64,000 nucleotides of DNA from Clostridia bacterium. GTDB lineage: Bacteria; Bacillota; Clostridia; Oscillospirales; CAG-272. The number at the start of each line of letters is the position of its first letter. Positions within the stretch are counted from its first letter, which is position 1. The stretch covers positions 27,573 to 91,572 of the forward strand of contig JAFTCN010000037.1 in NCBI GenBank assembly GCA_017454675.1, given 5' to 3'. Shown here in pieces: positions 47,598-55,046 of this stretch. The position numbers were made by a program, and so were the translations under genes. The notes beneath the pieces are model-generated. The model was not told the origin of the DNA and ran no database searches. It saw only the letters and a list, made by a program, of their open reading frames with translations.

Positions 47598-47660
47598 TTG
47601 AGGAAAGTGCCGCGGGGCCCCTGTGCGGGGCCCTGTCCCGTCTTGAAAAAATACATATCT

Positions 47661-47689
47661 ATTTTATCACATTTCATGCGAATAGTCAA
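47661..47689 (-). promoter_or_regulatory. Sigma-A promoter for metNIQ (TTGACT-N17-TAAAAT)
   Basis: The reverse complement reads TTGACTattcgcatgaaatgtgaTAAAAT, about 65 nt upstream of the metN ATG. Confidence 0.65.
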
Positions 47690-47770
47690 CAAAAAACGGA
47701 TCACCGGCAGGGAACCGCGCCGCTCACCTCACCGCGGCGGTTTTTGCGGCAGTTCCGTGAACTTGCGTCA

Positions 47771-47799
47771 TTGACAAATCACCGCCGTTGTGATATCAT
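47771..47799 (+). promoter_or_regulatory. Sigma-A promoter (TTGACA-N17-TATCAT, TG extended -10)
   Basis: TTGACA at 47771-47776 and TATCAT at 47794-47799. Confidence 0.6.
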
Positions 47800-47879
47800 A
47801 TACCGTACAGAACGCCGCCCGGGCGCACGCACTCCGCGGCGGCAGGCGGAACGCATGATTACGAAGGAATGAAAATGAA

Positions 47880-49259
47880 ATGAAAAGGGAACTGTACGAC
47901 TACGACATTTTTCCCAAGGTGTTCCTGACCGGAAGACCGGCCCGCGTCACGGTAAAACCTCTCGGAATCCACGCGGCTTTCGCGCCGGGATCCGAACTGA
48001 CTGTCCGGCTTTGCGAGAGCTCCGTAGCGGAGCCGAGACGTTTCCCCGGCAGTGCCGGTGTGAGAGAGTACAGGGTCGCTCCGACCGGTGACGGGAACAT
48101 CGTGCTCGACACCGACTTCCCGCGCGAGGGAATGTACCACATGCAGTTCTTCCGCGAAGGTGAGTCGAAGCGCTTCCTTGAGCTGCGCGTGTACGCGCTG
48201 GCTCCCGACATGGCCGGCAGATACCCCTTCAGGGGCGACCTTCACATGCACAGCTGTCGCTCGGACGGCAGGGAGGACCCCGGGTACGTCGCTGCCAACT
48301 ACCGCGGCTTCGGCTACGATTTCACCGTCATGTCCGACCACAGGAGATATTATCCTTCGCTCGAGACGCGGAGGCTGTTCCGCATCGGAACCGACGACAC
48401 GAGCGACCTCACCGACTATCTCGTCGTTCCCGGGGAGGAGATCCATCTCCCGCTGAACGACGCCCACTATGTCAACTTCGGAGGAAAGTGGAGCATAAAC
48501 GCCCTCGTGCTTCCCAACCGCAACGACGACGAAAGGGGCAGCGACCCCTCGGTCCGCAGCCTGCTCGGCGAGTGTCCCGACCCGATCACGGCAGATGAGT
48601 TCACCGCCATGCTGCACCGCGAGGCCGAAAAGGTCCCGCTGGAGCTCGAGTCGGAGAGGCTGAGCTTCGCCGCGCTGCTCTGGGAGCACGAACAGGTGAG
48701 GAAGGCGGGCGGACTCGCCATCTTCCCGCATCCCTACTGGCTTTGCAGCACGATGCAGCTGAGCGAGAGCTACCTGCGCTTCCTCTACGAGCAGCAGCCG
48801 TTCGACGCGTTCGAGGTCCTGGGAGGAGAGAGCTACTACCAGCACAACGGTTTCCAGACCTCGTTCTACTACGAGGAGCGGGCACGCGGGTTCGATCCGC
48901 CGGTCGTCGGCAGCACCGACAGCCACAGCTCGACCGAGCACAACCGAAACGCCCTCGTCTGCTCGACGTTCATCTTCGCGCCCGAGAACCGCACGGATGC
49001 GCTGATCGACGCCGTAAAGTCGAAATACTCGGTGGCGGTAGACACGGTAAGCCCCGAATACAGGCTCGTCGGAGACTTCAGGTTCGTGAAGTACGGTTCG
49101 TTCCTGCTCGAAGAATTCTCGCCGCTTCACGACAGGCTCTGCGCCGCCGAGGGCTGGCAGCTCCGGCGCTTTGCCGCCGGCGAACCCGACGCCGAGAAGA
49201 TACTGCTCGCGATGAAGGGCGAGGTCCCGGCTATGATGAAGAAGTATTTCGCCGTTTGA
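47880..49259 (+). CDS. PHP-domain (CehA/McbA-like) metallohydrolase
   Basis: GDLHMHSCRSDG and VMSDHRRY, which are PHP motifs. 459 aa. Confidence 0.65.
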   Translation: MKRELYDYDIFPKVFLTGRPARVTVKPLGIHAAFAPGSELTVRLCESSVAEPRRFPGSAGVREYRVAPTGDGNIVLDTDFPREGMYHMQFFREGESKRFLELRVYALAPDMAGRYPFRGDLHMHSCRSDGREDPGYVAANYRGFGYDFTVMSDHRRYYPSLETRRLFRIGTDDTSDLTDYLVVPGEEIHLPLNDAHYVNFGGKWSINALVLPNRNDDERGSDPSVRSLLGECPDPITADEFTAMLHREAEKVPLELESERLSFAALLWEHEQVRKAGGLAIFPHPYWLCSTMQLSESYLRFLYEQQPFDAFEVLGGESYYQHNGFQTSFYYEERARGFDPPVVGSTDSHSSTEHNRNALVCSTFIFAPENRTDALIDAVKSKYSVAVDTVSPEYRLVGDFRFVKYGSFLLEEFSPLHDRLCAAEGWQLRRFAAGEPDAEKILLAMKGEVPAMMKKYFAV

Positions 49260-49306
49260 ACCGAATGCCAGAAGAACAAATAAATAACTGAAAAAGGAGC
49301 GAAAAA

Positions 49307-49987
49307 ATGCGCTACAGTATCGAAGGAACACCGCTTCCCGTCGTGATCTGCGAACTCGACGCGGGGGAGAAGATGATCACCGAGCGGGGGAGCATGAGCT
49401 GGATGAGCCCCAACATGAAGATGGAGACGACCACGAACGGCGGTCTCGGAAAGGCATTCGGACGTATGTTCTCGGGAGAGGCCATGTTCCAGAACATATA
49501 CACCGCCGAGGGCGGAAACGGAATGATAGCTTTCGCGTCGAGCTTCCCCGGCTCGATACTGGCGGTCGAGATCACTCCCGACAGGCCGGTCGTGCTCCAG
49601 AAGCGCGCCTTCCTCGCCGCGACGACCGGCGTCGAACTGTCGGTATTCTTCCAGAAGAGATTCGGAGCCGGCCTTTTCGGCGGCGAGGGATTTATCATGC
49701 AGAAGCTCTCGGGCAGCGGCATCGCGTTCGTCGAGATCGACGGACACGCGATCGACTACAACCTCGAAGCGGGGCAGCAGCTTATCGTCGACACCGGATA
49801 CCTCGCCAAGATGGACGCCACATGCTCTATGAACATCGTGGCCGTCAAGGGCGTGAAGAACATGCTGTTCGGCGGCGAGGGCATATTCAACACCGTCATC
49901 AGCGGTCCCGGTACGGTGACTGTGCAGTCGATGCCGATACCCAGCGTCGCGGGATCGATCGCGCCTTATCTCGCCGGCGGCAAATGA
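49307..49987 (+). CDS. AIM24/TIGR00266-family protein
   Basis: 226 aa. MRYSIEG...VVICELDAGEKMITERGSMSWMS is typical of this family. Confidence 0.7.
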   Translation: MRYSIEGTPLPVVICELDAGEKMITERGSMSWMSPNMKMETTTNGGLGKAFGRMFSGEAMFQNIYTAEGGNGMIAFASSFPGSILAVEITPDRPVVLQKRAFLAATTGVELSVFFQKRFGAGLFGGEGFIMQKLSGSGIAFVEIDGHAIDYNLEAGQQLIVDTGYLAKMDATCSMNIVAVKGVKNMLFGGEGIFNTVISGPGTVTVQSMPIPSVAGSIAPYLAGGK

Positions 49988-50089
49988 TCTGTTTCCCCCT
50001 CGCGCCTCCGGACACGCGCTGTCCGGGGGCGCCGGCGGGGGGAAATATCGCGGATTTAAGAATAAAATCGCGCGACGGCGAAAAAACAC

Positions 50090-50118
50090 TTGACAAACGT
50101 CCTCTTATTTGCTATAAT
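50090..50118 (+). promoter_or_regulatory. Consensus sigma-A promoter for tRNA-Thr (TTGACA-N17-TATAAT)
   Basis: TTGACA at 50090-50095 and TATAAT at 50113-50118. Confidence 0.75.
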
Positions 50119-50131
50119 ATCGGACGTTGAC

Positions 50132-50204
50132 GCTGCTATGGCTCAGTCGGTAGAGCACATCCTTGGTAAGGATGAGGTCGTCAGTTCGATTCTGACTAGC
50201 AGCT
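50132..50204 (+). tRNA. tRNA-Thr (anticodon GGT), CCA not encoded
   Basis: Acceptor GCTGCTA/TAGCAGC, D-arm GCTC-AGTCGGTA-GAGC, anticodon arm CATCC-TTGGTAA-GGATG, T-arm GTCAG-TTCGATT-CTGAC. Confidence 0.92.
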
Positions 50205-50213
50205 CCGCATGCG

Positions 50214-50248
50214 GGGGACGTTCTCTTTCAAAGAAAACGTCCCCTTTC
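50214..50248 (+). terminator. Hairpin terminator after tRNA-Thr
   Basis: ggggacgttctcttt caa agaaaacgtcccc followed by tttc. Confidence 0.6.
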
Positions 50249-50290
50249 AAGTAGAAAAGACCGAGACCGGCGGAAGAACGGAGGAGAGCC

Positions 50291-50743
50291 ATGAGATGTC
50301 CGAGCTGCGGCTGCCTTGAGAGCAGAGTCATCGATTCGAGACAGAATATCGAAGGAAACAACATAAAGCGCAGAAGAGAGTGCATGCAGTGCCAGAAGCG
50401 TTTCACCACTTTCGAGGTGATCGAGTCGGTGCAGCTCGTCGTCATAAAGAAAAACGGCTCAAAGGAGCTGTTCGACAAGACGAAACTGCTCGGCGGAATC
50501 ATGAAGGCGTGCGAGAAGCGCCCGGTAAACGCCGAGGCGATCGCCAACGAGATCGAGTCCGAACTCCAGAACTCACTTCGGCACGAGGTCACGTCGGGAG
50601 ACATCGGAGAGCTCGTCATGAGAAAGCTGAAGGACGCCGACGATGTCGCCTACGTGCGCTTTGCGTCGGTTTACCGCGAATTCAAGGACATAGAGACCTT
50701 CATCCGCGAACTCAACGGCATCCGCGACGAATCCGGCGACTGA
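50291..50743 (+). CDS. nrdR: Transcriptional repressor NrdR
   Basis: MRCPSCG...ECMQCQKRFTTFE zinc ribbon plus an ATP-cone. 150 aa. Confidence 0.92.
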   Translation: MRCPSCGCLESRVIDSRQNIEGNNIKRRRECMQCQKRFTTFEVIESVQLVVIKKNGSKELFDKTKLLGGIMKACEKRPVNAEAIANEIESELQNSLRHEVTSGDIGELVMRKLKDADDVAYVRFASVYREFKDIETFIRELNGIRDESGD

Positions 50744-50782
50744 CGGCACGGGAAATCTGATTAAAGCACCTCCGCAGGGTGC

Positions 50783-51883
50783 ATGTCATCCGCAGGAATG
50801 CACATGATATCCGATCTCACTCTATTTTTGGAATCATTCATACGCCGCGGCGCTTCCGCGATCCTCGCCCTTCTGCTTCTGCTGCCCCTCCTGGCGGCGG
50901 CAGCTCTTCCGGCAGCGGCGGGATATGCGGTACCGGCCGAGGGAGAACTTCTCTTTCTCGCCGATTTCACCGACAAGACCCGCTGGAAGCCCTCAAGGAC
51001 CGAGCTCGCCTCGGGCACCCTTTCGGTAAAGACCGACGGCGATCCCCTCTCGGCCGAGCTCCGCGCCACGACGAACAGCGTCTGCCACAACTGGGGCGGA
51101 GAGATCGACGGTCTTCCGCTCAACGGAAACCGCTACACCTTCTTCTTCACCCTCATACGCGACAAGGACAAAACATCGAAGGATCCGAACTTCGGCTTCT
51201 ACTTCGACAGCCACTACGGCTTTTACGGCTATTCGAACAACCTCCGTCTGCTCGACAACATGACGACTCTGCCTAACCACGGGACAAAGGAGTTCCTCTC
51301 GCTCGGAGAAGAAATCGAGGGAGACAACTGGGGCGTCGCGTCGGAGCGGGTGTCGGTCCAGAACTACGCGGTCGAGGTCGACGGAATGAACAAGGTCTTC
51401 CGGGTTTACGTAATGACTGCAGAAGGGACGTACGTCTACGTCGACGGGACCACGAAGGGCGAGATCTCCTCATTCTACACCGAAAACGCGGGCATATGGT
51501 TCCACCAGTACAACACCGACATGCCGATAACGATAAGCCGCATCGCCGTCTGGAAGGGCCTCATGCTCACCTCCCCCGATAAGCTTCCCGGGGCGCCCGA
51601 AACGGTATCCGACACCGGCAGTGCGAACCCGGGCGACGAGACCTCGCCGGAAGCTCCCGTGACAGGCCAGGAGGACACGTCGGCTTCGACGGATGACGAC
51701 CGCCAGGGCGGCAACGGCTGCTCGTCCTCGCAGGGCTCGGCGATACTCACGGTCATGATCGCCGGACTGATCCCCGCGATCTTCCTTTACATCAGCTCGG
51801 AACGCCGGCGGAAGAGCTCAGGCTTAGGCAAACATCCGGCAAACAGCAAGGAGAAAGACAATGAAGACCGAAAAGAAAAATAA
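50783..51883 (+). CDS. Secreted protein with a jelly-roll (LamG/DUF1080-like) domain and a C-terminal TM anchor
   Basis: Signal peptide LLLLLPLLAAAALPAAA, a beta-rich middle region, a low-complexity stalk, then TM ILTVMIAGLIPAIFLYI. The fold assignment is tentative. Confidence 0.5.
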   Translation: MSSAGMHMISDLTLFLESFIRRGASAILALLLLLPLLAAAALPAAAGYAVPAEGELLFLADFTDKTRWKPSRTELASGTLSVKTDGDPLSAELRATTNSVCHNWGGEIDGLPLNGNRYTFFFTLIRDKDKTSKDPNFGFYFDSHYGFYGYSNNLRLLDNMTTLPNHGTKEFLSLGEEIEGDNWGVASERVSVQNYAVEVDGMNKVFRVYVMTAEGTYVYVDGTTKGEISSFYTENAGIWFHQYNTDMPITISRIAVWKGLMLTSPDKLPGAPETVSDTGSANPGDETSPEAPVTGQEDTSASTDDDRQGGNGCSSSQGSAILTVMIAGLIPAIFLYISSERRRKSSGLGKHPANSKEKDNEDRKEK

Positions 51884-51965
51884 AAAAGAAAAAATATAAA
51901 CTACCCTGATTTGGCCTTTTCGAACTGTTATTGCCATCTAACACACATTTTATCTCTGCCATTAC

Positions 51966-52028
51966 AAAAAAAAAAAAAGAGCACCCAAACTCCAATCTTT
52001 CGATTTTTGTTTGAGTGCTTTCTTTTTT
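51966..52028. terminator. A13 tract, imperfect hairpin and T6 tract; probable bidirectional terminator in an AT-rich spacer
   Basis: 13 consecutive A (51966-51978). Stem agagcacccaaac / gtttgagtgcttt pairs at 12 of 13 positions, followed by cttttttgg. Confidence 0.5.
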
Positions 52029-52145
52029 GGGGACTATTTTTACAGCCCCTTTTTCAGAGCACCCGGTATGCGCGGTCACCCGGCCTGCCGGGAGCGGATT
52101 TCCGAATGATACCGGAAGAAACGGTAAAAAATACGGTCTTTCCTC

Positions 52146-52187
52146 TTGACAAACGCAATACTTCGTGATATGATATATTACACGAAG
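52146..52187 (+). promoter_or_regulatory. Sigma-A promoter (TTGACA-N17-TATGAT) overlapped by an inverted repeat CTTCGTG-N13-CACGAAG; candidate PadR operator
   Basis: TTGACA at 52146-52151 and TATGAT at 52169-52174. The palindrome arms at 52161-52167 and 52181-52187 bracket the -10 box and TSS. Confidence 0.6.
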
Positions 52188-52198
52188 GGAGGTATCCC

Positions 52199-52516
52199 AT
52201 GGATGTTCAGTTGAAACGCGGCCTGCTTGATGTGTGCGTTCTGGCCGCGATCAAAAACGAAGATTCATACGGCTATAAGATCATAAAAGACCTGAAGCCG
52301 TGCATCGAGCTGTCCGAGTCAACGCTTTACACGATACTCAAGCGTCTTGAATGCGCCGGGATGCTGACGGTGAGAATAGTGGAACACGACGGCAGACTGC
52401 GCAAATACTATCATATCACTCAAAGCGGTGTGAGGCGCATAGAAGAATTCAAGGATGAATGGAAAGAAGTGATCTCCGTTTATCGGTTTGTCACGGAGGA
52501 GGACAGTCATGAATAA
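52199..52516 (+). CDS. PadR-family transcriptional regulator
   Basis: LLDVCVLAAIKNEDSYGYKIIKDL winged-helix motif. 105 aa. Confidence 0.88.
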   Translation: MDVQLKRGLLDVCVLAAIKNEDSYGYKIIKDLKPCIELSESTLYTILKRLECAGMLTVRIVEHDGRLRKYYHITQSGVRRIEEFKDEWKEVISVYRFVTEEDSHE

Positions 52517-53111
52517 GCAGGAATTTCTGCGGGGTCTGCGAACCGCTCTTTCGGGGCTTCCGCAGGACGACATTGAAGAGCGTGTCACGTTTTACGGAGA
52601 GATGATCGACGACCGGATCGAAGAGGGAATGAGCGAGGACGAAGCGGTAGCGGGGATCGGTACGGTCGATGAGGTAAGGGCTCAGACAATCGCTGAGATC
52701 CCGCTTCAGAAACTTGTCAAAGAAAAAGTCAGACCGAAGCGCGCCCTGCGCGGGTGGGAGGTCGTTCTGATCGTTCTGGGCTTCCCGGTGTGGTTCCCGC
52801 TGCTTGTCGCGGCAGTGGCCGTCGTCCTTTCGTTTTATATCGCCGCCTGGGCGCTCATCATCTCGCTGTGGGCGGTCGAGATCTCCCTCTGGGTTTCTGT
52901 TCTCGGCGCTGTTGCCGTATCGGCTGTCTTTTTCGCACAGGGGAACAGTATACCCGCGCTTATGATGCTCGGGGCCGCTTCGGTCGCCGCCGGACTGTCG
53001 GTCTTTATGTTCTTCGGCTGCGCCGCCCTCTCTGGGGGGATAATTAAACTGACGAAAAAAGCCGGTGTCGGCGTCAAGTCGATGTTTATCGGGAAGGAGA
53101 ATTCAAAATGA
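52509..53111 (+). CDS. DUF1700-like membrane protein
   Basis: The ATG at 52509 overlaps the padR stop. MNKQEFLRGLRTALSGLPQDDIEERVTFYGEMIDD, followed by C-terminal TM helices. Confidence 0.75.
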   Translation: MNKQEFLRGLRTALSGLPQDDIEERVTFYGEMIDDRIEEGMSEDEAVAGIGTVDEVRAQTIAEIPLQKLVKEKVRPKRALRGWEVVLIVLGFPVWFPLLVAAVAVVLSFYIAAWALIISLWAVEISLWVSVLGAVAVSAVFFAQGNSIPALMMLGAASVAAGLSVFMFFGCAALSGGIIKLTKKAGVGVKSMFIGKENSK

Positions 53112-54067
53112 AGAAAGGGTTTCTTATTGCGGCCGCCGTGTTTGTGGTCGCGGGAGTCGCGATCTTCGCCGCCGCGTTCATCGCGTCAGGCTTTGATCTT
53201 TCAAAACTGGATACCTCAAAATATGTGACCGGATCGGATACCGTGACAGAGGATTTCGAGTCGATAACGGTCGAATCCGGCGTTGCGGATATCACATTCA
53301 GACCGTCGGAAGACGGAAAAACGCGGGTCGATCGCTTGGAACGTGACAAGATAAGGCACGAGGTTTCCGTTGAGAACGGAACATTGAAGATCACAGAGGT
53401 CGACGAGCGTGAGTGGTACGATAAACTGACGGTGTTCTCGCTCAGATCCCCGGCAGTCACGGTATATATTCCGGCAGGTCATTACGCAGACCTGAAGATC
53501 ACCTCGGGCACAGGGAACGTGAGCGTACCTGAACAGTTTTCCTTTGGCGGCGCGCAGATCAGGTCGTCCACGGGCGACGTCGCTTTTGACGCTTCCGCCG
53601 ACGGCAGCCTGAGCATTCGGACCTCCACCGGGGACGTCCGCGTGAGTTCGGTCAGTGCGGACGGTATCGACATCTCCGTTTCCACCGGAAGTATCGAAGG
53701 GAAAAACGTGGAGTGCAGAGAGAAGCTTTCCATAAGCGTCAGTACAGGGGAAACGTTTCTTGAAAACGTTGTATGCGGTTCGCTGGTCTCCACTGGGAGC
53801 ACGGGCGACGTCACGCTGAAAAACACGGTCGCGTCCGGCGAATTCAGTATTGAAAGGTCAACGGGCGACGTGAGCTTTGAGGACTGCGACGCGGGGGAGA
53901 TCACCGTGAAGACCTCGACCGGAGAAGTTACCGGTTCGCTCAGCTCGGAAAAAGTGTTCATCACAAAATCGTCGACCGGCGATATCAGAGTCCCTGATTC
54001 GGGTTCCGGCGGCAAATGCAGGATAACGACTTCAACAGGAGATATCCGCATCACCGTCAAAAACTGA
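53108..54067 (+). CDS. DUF4097-like beta-strand-repeat protein ('putative adhesin' fold), membrane anchored
   Basis: N-terminal TM, then repeated STGDV/STGDI beta-helix-like units (at least 8 copies). ATGA overlap with the upstream gene. Confidence 0.75.
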   Translation: MKKGFLIAAAVFVVAGVAIFAAAFIASGFDLSKLDTSKYVTGSDTVTEDFESITVESGVADITFRPSEDGKTRVDRLERDKIRHEVSVENGTLKITEVDEREWYDKLTVFSLRSPAVTVYIPAGHYADLKITSGTGNVSVPEQFSFGGAQIRSSTGDVAFDASADGSLSIRTSTGDVRVSSVSADGIDISVSTGSIEGKNVECREKLSISVSTGETFLENVVCGSLVSTGSTGDVTLKNTVASGEFSIERSTGDVSFEDCDAGEITVKTSTGEVTGSLSSEKVFITKSSTGDIRVPDSGSGGKCRITTSTGDIRITVKN

Positions 54068-54084
54068 CACAGCTTTAGATCCTC

Positions 54085-54106
54085 CGCGGTCCACGCTGAG
54101 CAGGTC
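54085..54106 (+). repeat. Left copy of a 22-bp exact direct repeat (cgcggtccacgctgagcaggtc)
   Basis: Identical to 55163..55184, which lies inside the 3' end of pck. Confidence 0.9.
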
Positions 54107-54201
54107 CATCTGCCATTTTAAATGATATCGGTCCGGTATCTTAACGGAAAAGGATGATTCCGCGTCATATGCTTTTATATTGCAAATATTAAAATTAATT
54201 A

Positions 54202-54231
54202 TTGACAACAAAATATGCGGTATGATATAAT
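54202..54231 (+). promoter_or_regulatory. Sigma-A promoter (TTGACA-N18-TATAAT, TG extended -10) in an AT-rich spacer
   Basis: TTGACA at 54202-54207 and TATAAT at 54226-54231. Confidence 0.55.
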
Positions 54232-54348
54232 AGTCATGGCATGATTGCGGTAAAACACCTGTGCTCTTTTATCTCTTGACAATATCGGTTTGAGATCTAA
54301 TCGAAAAACAATTTATCATTTTATTGACTTAAGGAGGAACAATTCATA

Positions 54349-54981
54349 ATGAAACGCTCTGCTTTTATTATTCTTGCGGTTATTGTTTCAGTTGTCGCAC
54401 TGCTGTTGTCGGGTTGTGCCGGCAGTCCCGGGGAAACCGGCTTCCAGCCTTCGGGAAGTGTGATAAAGGACAAGACGACCGGTACCGCGGCAGCGGTCAC
54501 TCCCATGACCTCGGATGTGCCTCCGGACGGGAACAACGCAAAGAACGTAATAACCGGCTGCGATGAGGGCAAAGTAAGGTCAGCGGTCGGGGAATGCTTC
54601 CGGACGGGGAATCCCGACCCGTATGTTCTGGTTATCGAAAACAGGGAATCCTACGATGCCCTGTCAGGTCTTATCGGACAGAGACCGGAAAACTCCGAAG
54701 TGTTCAAGCTGTCCGGAGATATTTCCGATCTTTCCGCTCAAACTGCTGTCGACGATACGTATTTCAGGGATAATTACATAGTCGCCCTGATGTTCAAGGA
54801 TTCGAGCGGCAGCTGGAAATACGAAAAAACGTATGAGAAAAGTGATGCGGGTATCACGTTGTCCACGAAAAGGATAGAGGAGTATCCTGCCACTTGCGAT
54901 GTCGGGGGATTTATCCTGGGCTTTTCCCTCCCCGGACACTATGACGGAGAGAAGATCTTTTTGACTGCCTCGACGAATTGA
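54349..54981 (+). CDS. Hypothetical lipoprotein; AT-richer codon usage than neighbouring genes
   Basis: AAGGAGG RBS and lipobox LLSGC. 210 aa with no recognisable motif. Confidence 0.65.
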   Translation: MKRSAFIILAVIVSVVALLLSGCAGSPGETGFQPSGSVIKDKTTGTAAAVTPMTSDVPPDGNNAKNVITGCDEGKVRSAVGECFRTGNPDPYVLVIENRESYDALSGLIGQRPENSEVFKLSGDISDLSAQTAVDDTYFRDNYIVALMFKDSSGSWKYEKTYEKSDAGITLSTKRIEEYPATCDVGGFILGFSLPGHYDGEKIFLTASTN

Positions 54982-54983
54982 AC

Positions 54984-55028
54984 CCGACAACAAAAGACCT
55001 CCGCGGGGCGGGGGTCTTTTGTTGTCGG
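54984..55028. terminator. Bidirectional hairpin terminator between the lipoprotein gene and pck
   Basis: ccgacaacaaaagacc / ggtcttttgttgtcgg gives a 16-bp stem around a GC-rich loop. Confidence 0.8.
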
Positions 55029-55046
55029 TATTATCGTGTCGGATGC

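Noticed and set aside
47880-49987. PHP-domain hydrolase plus AIM24/TIGR00266 pair as a possible novel two-gene system.
   Set aside because: The only evidence is adjacency with a 47-nt gap. I know of no functional link and see no sequence feature tying them together. They are reported as ordinary CDS.
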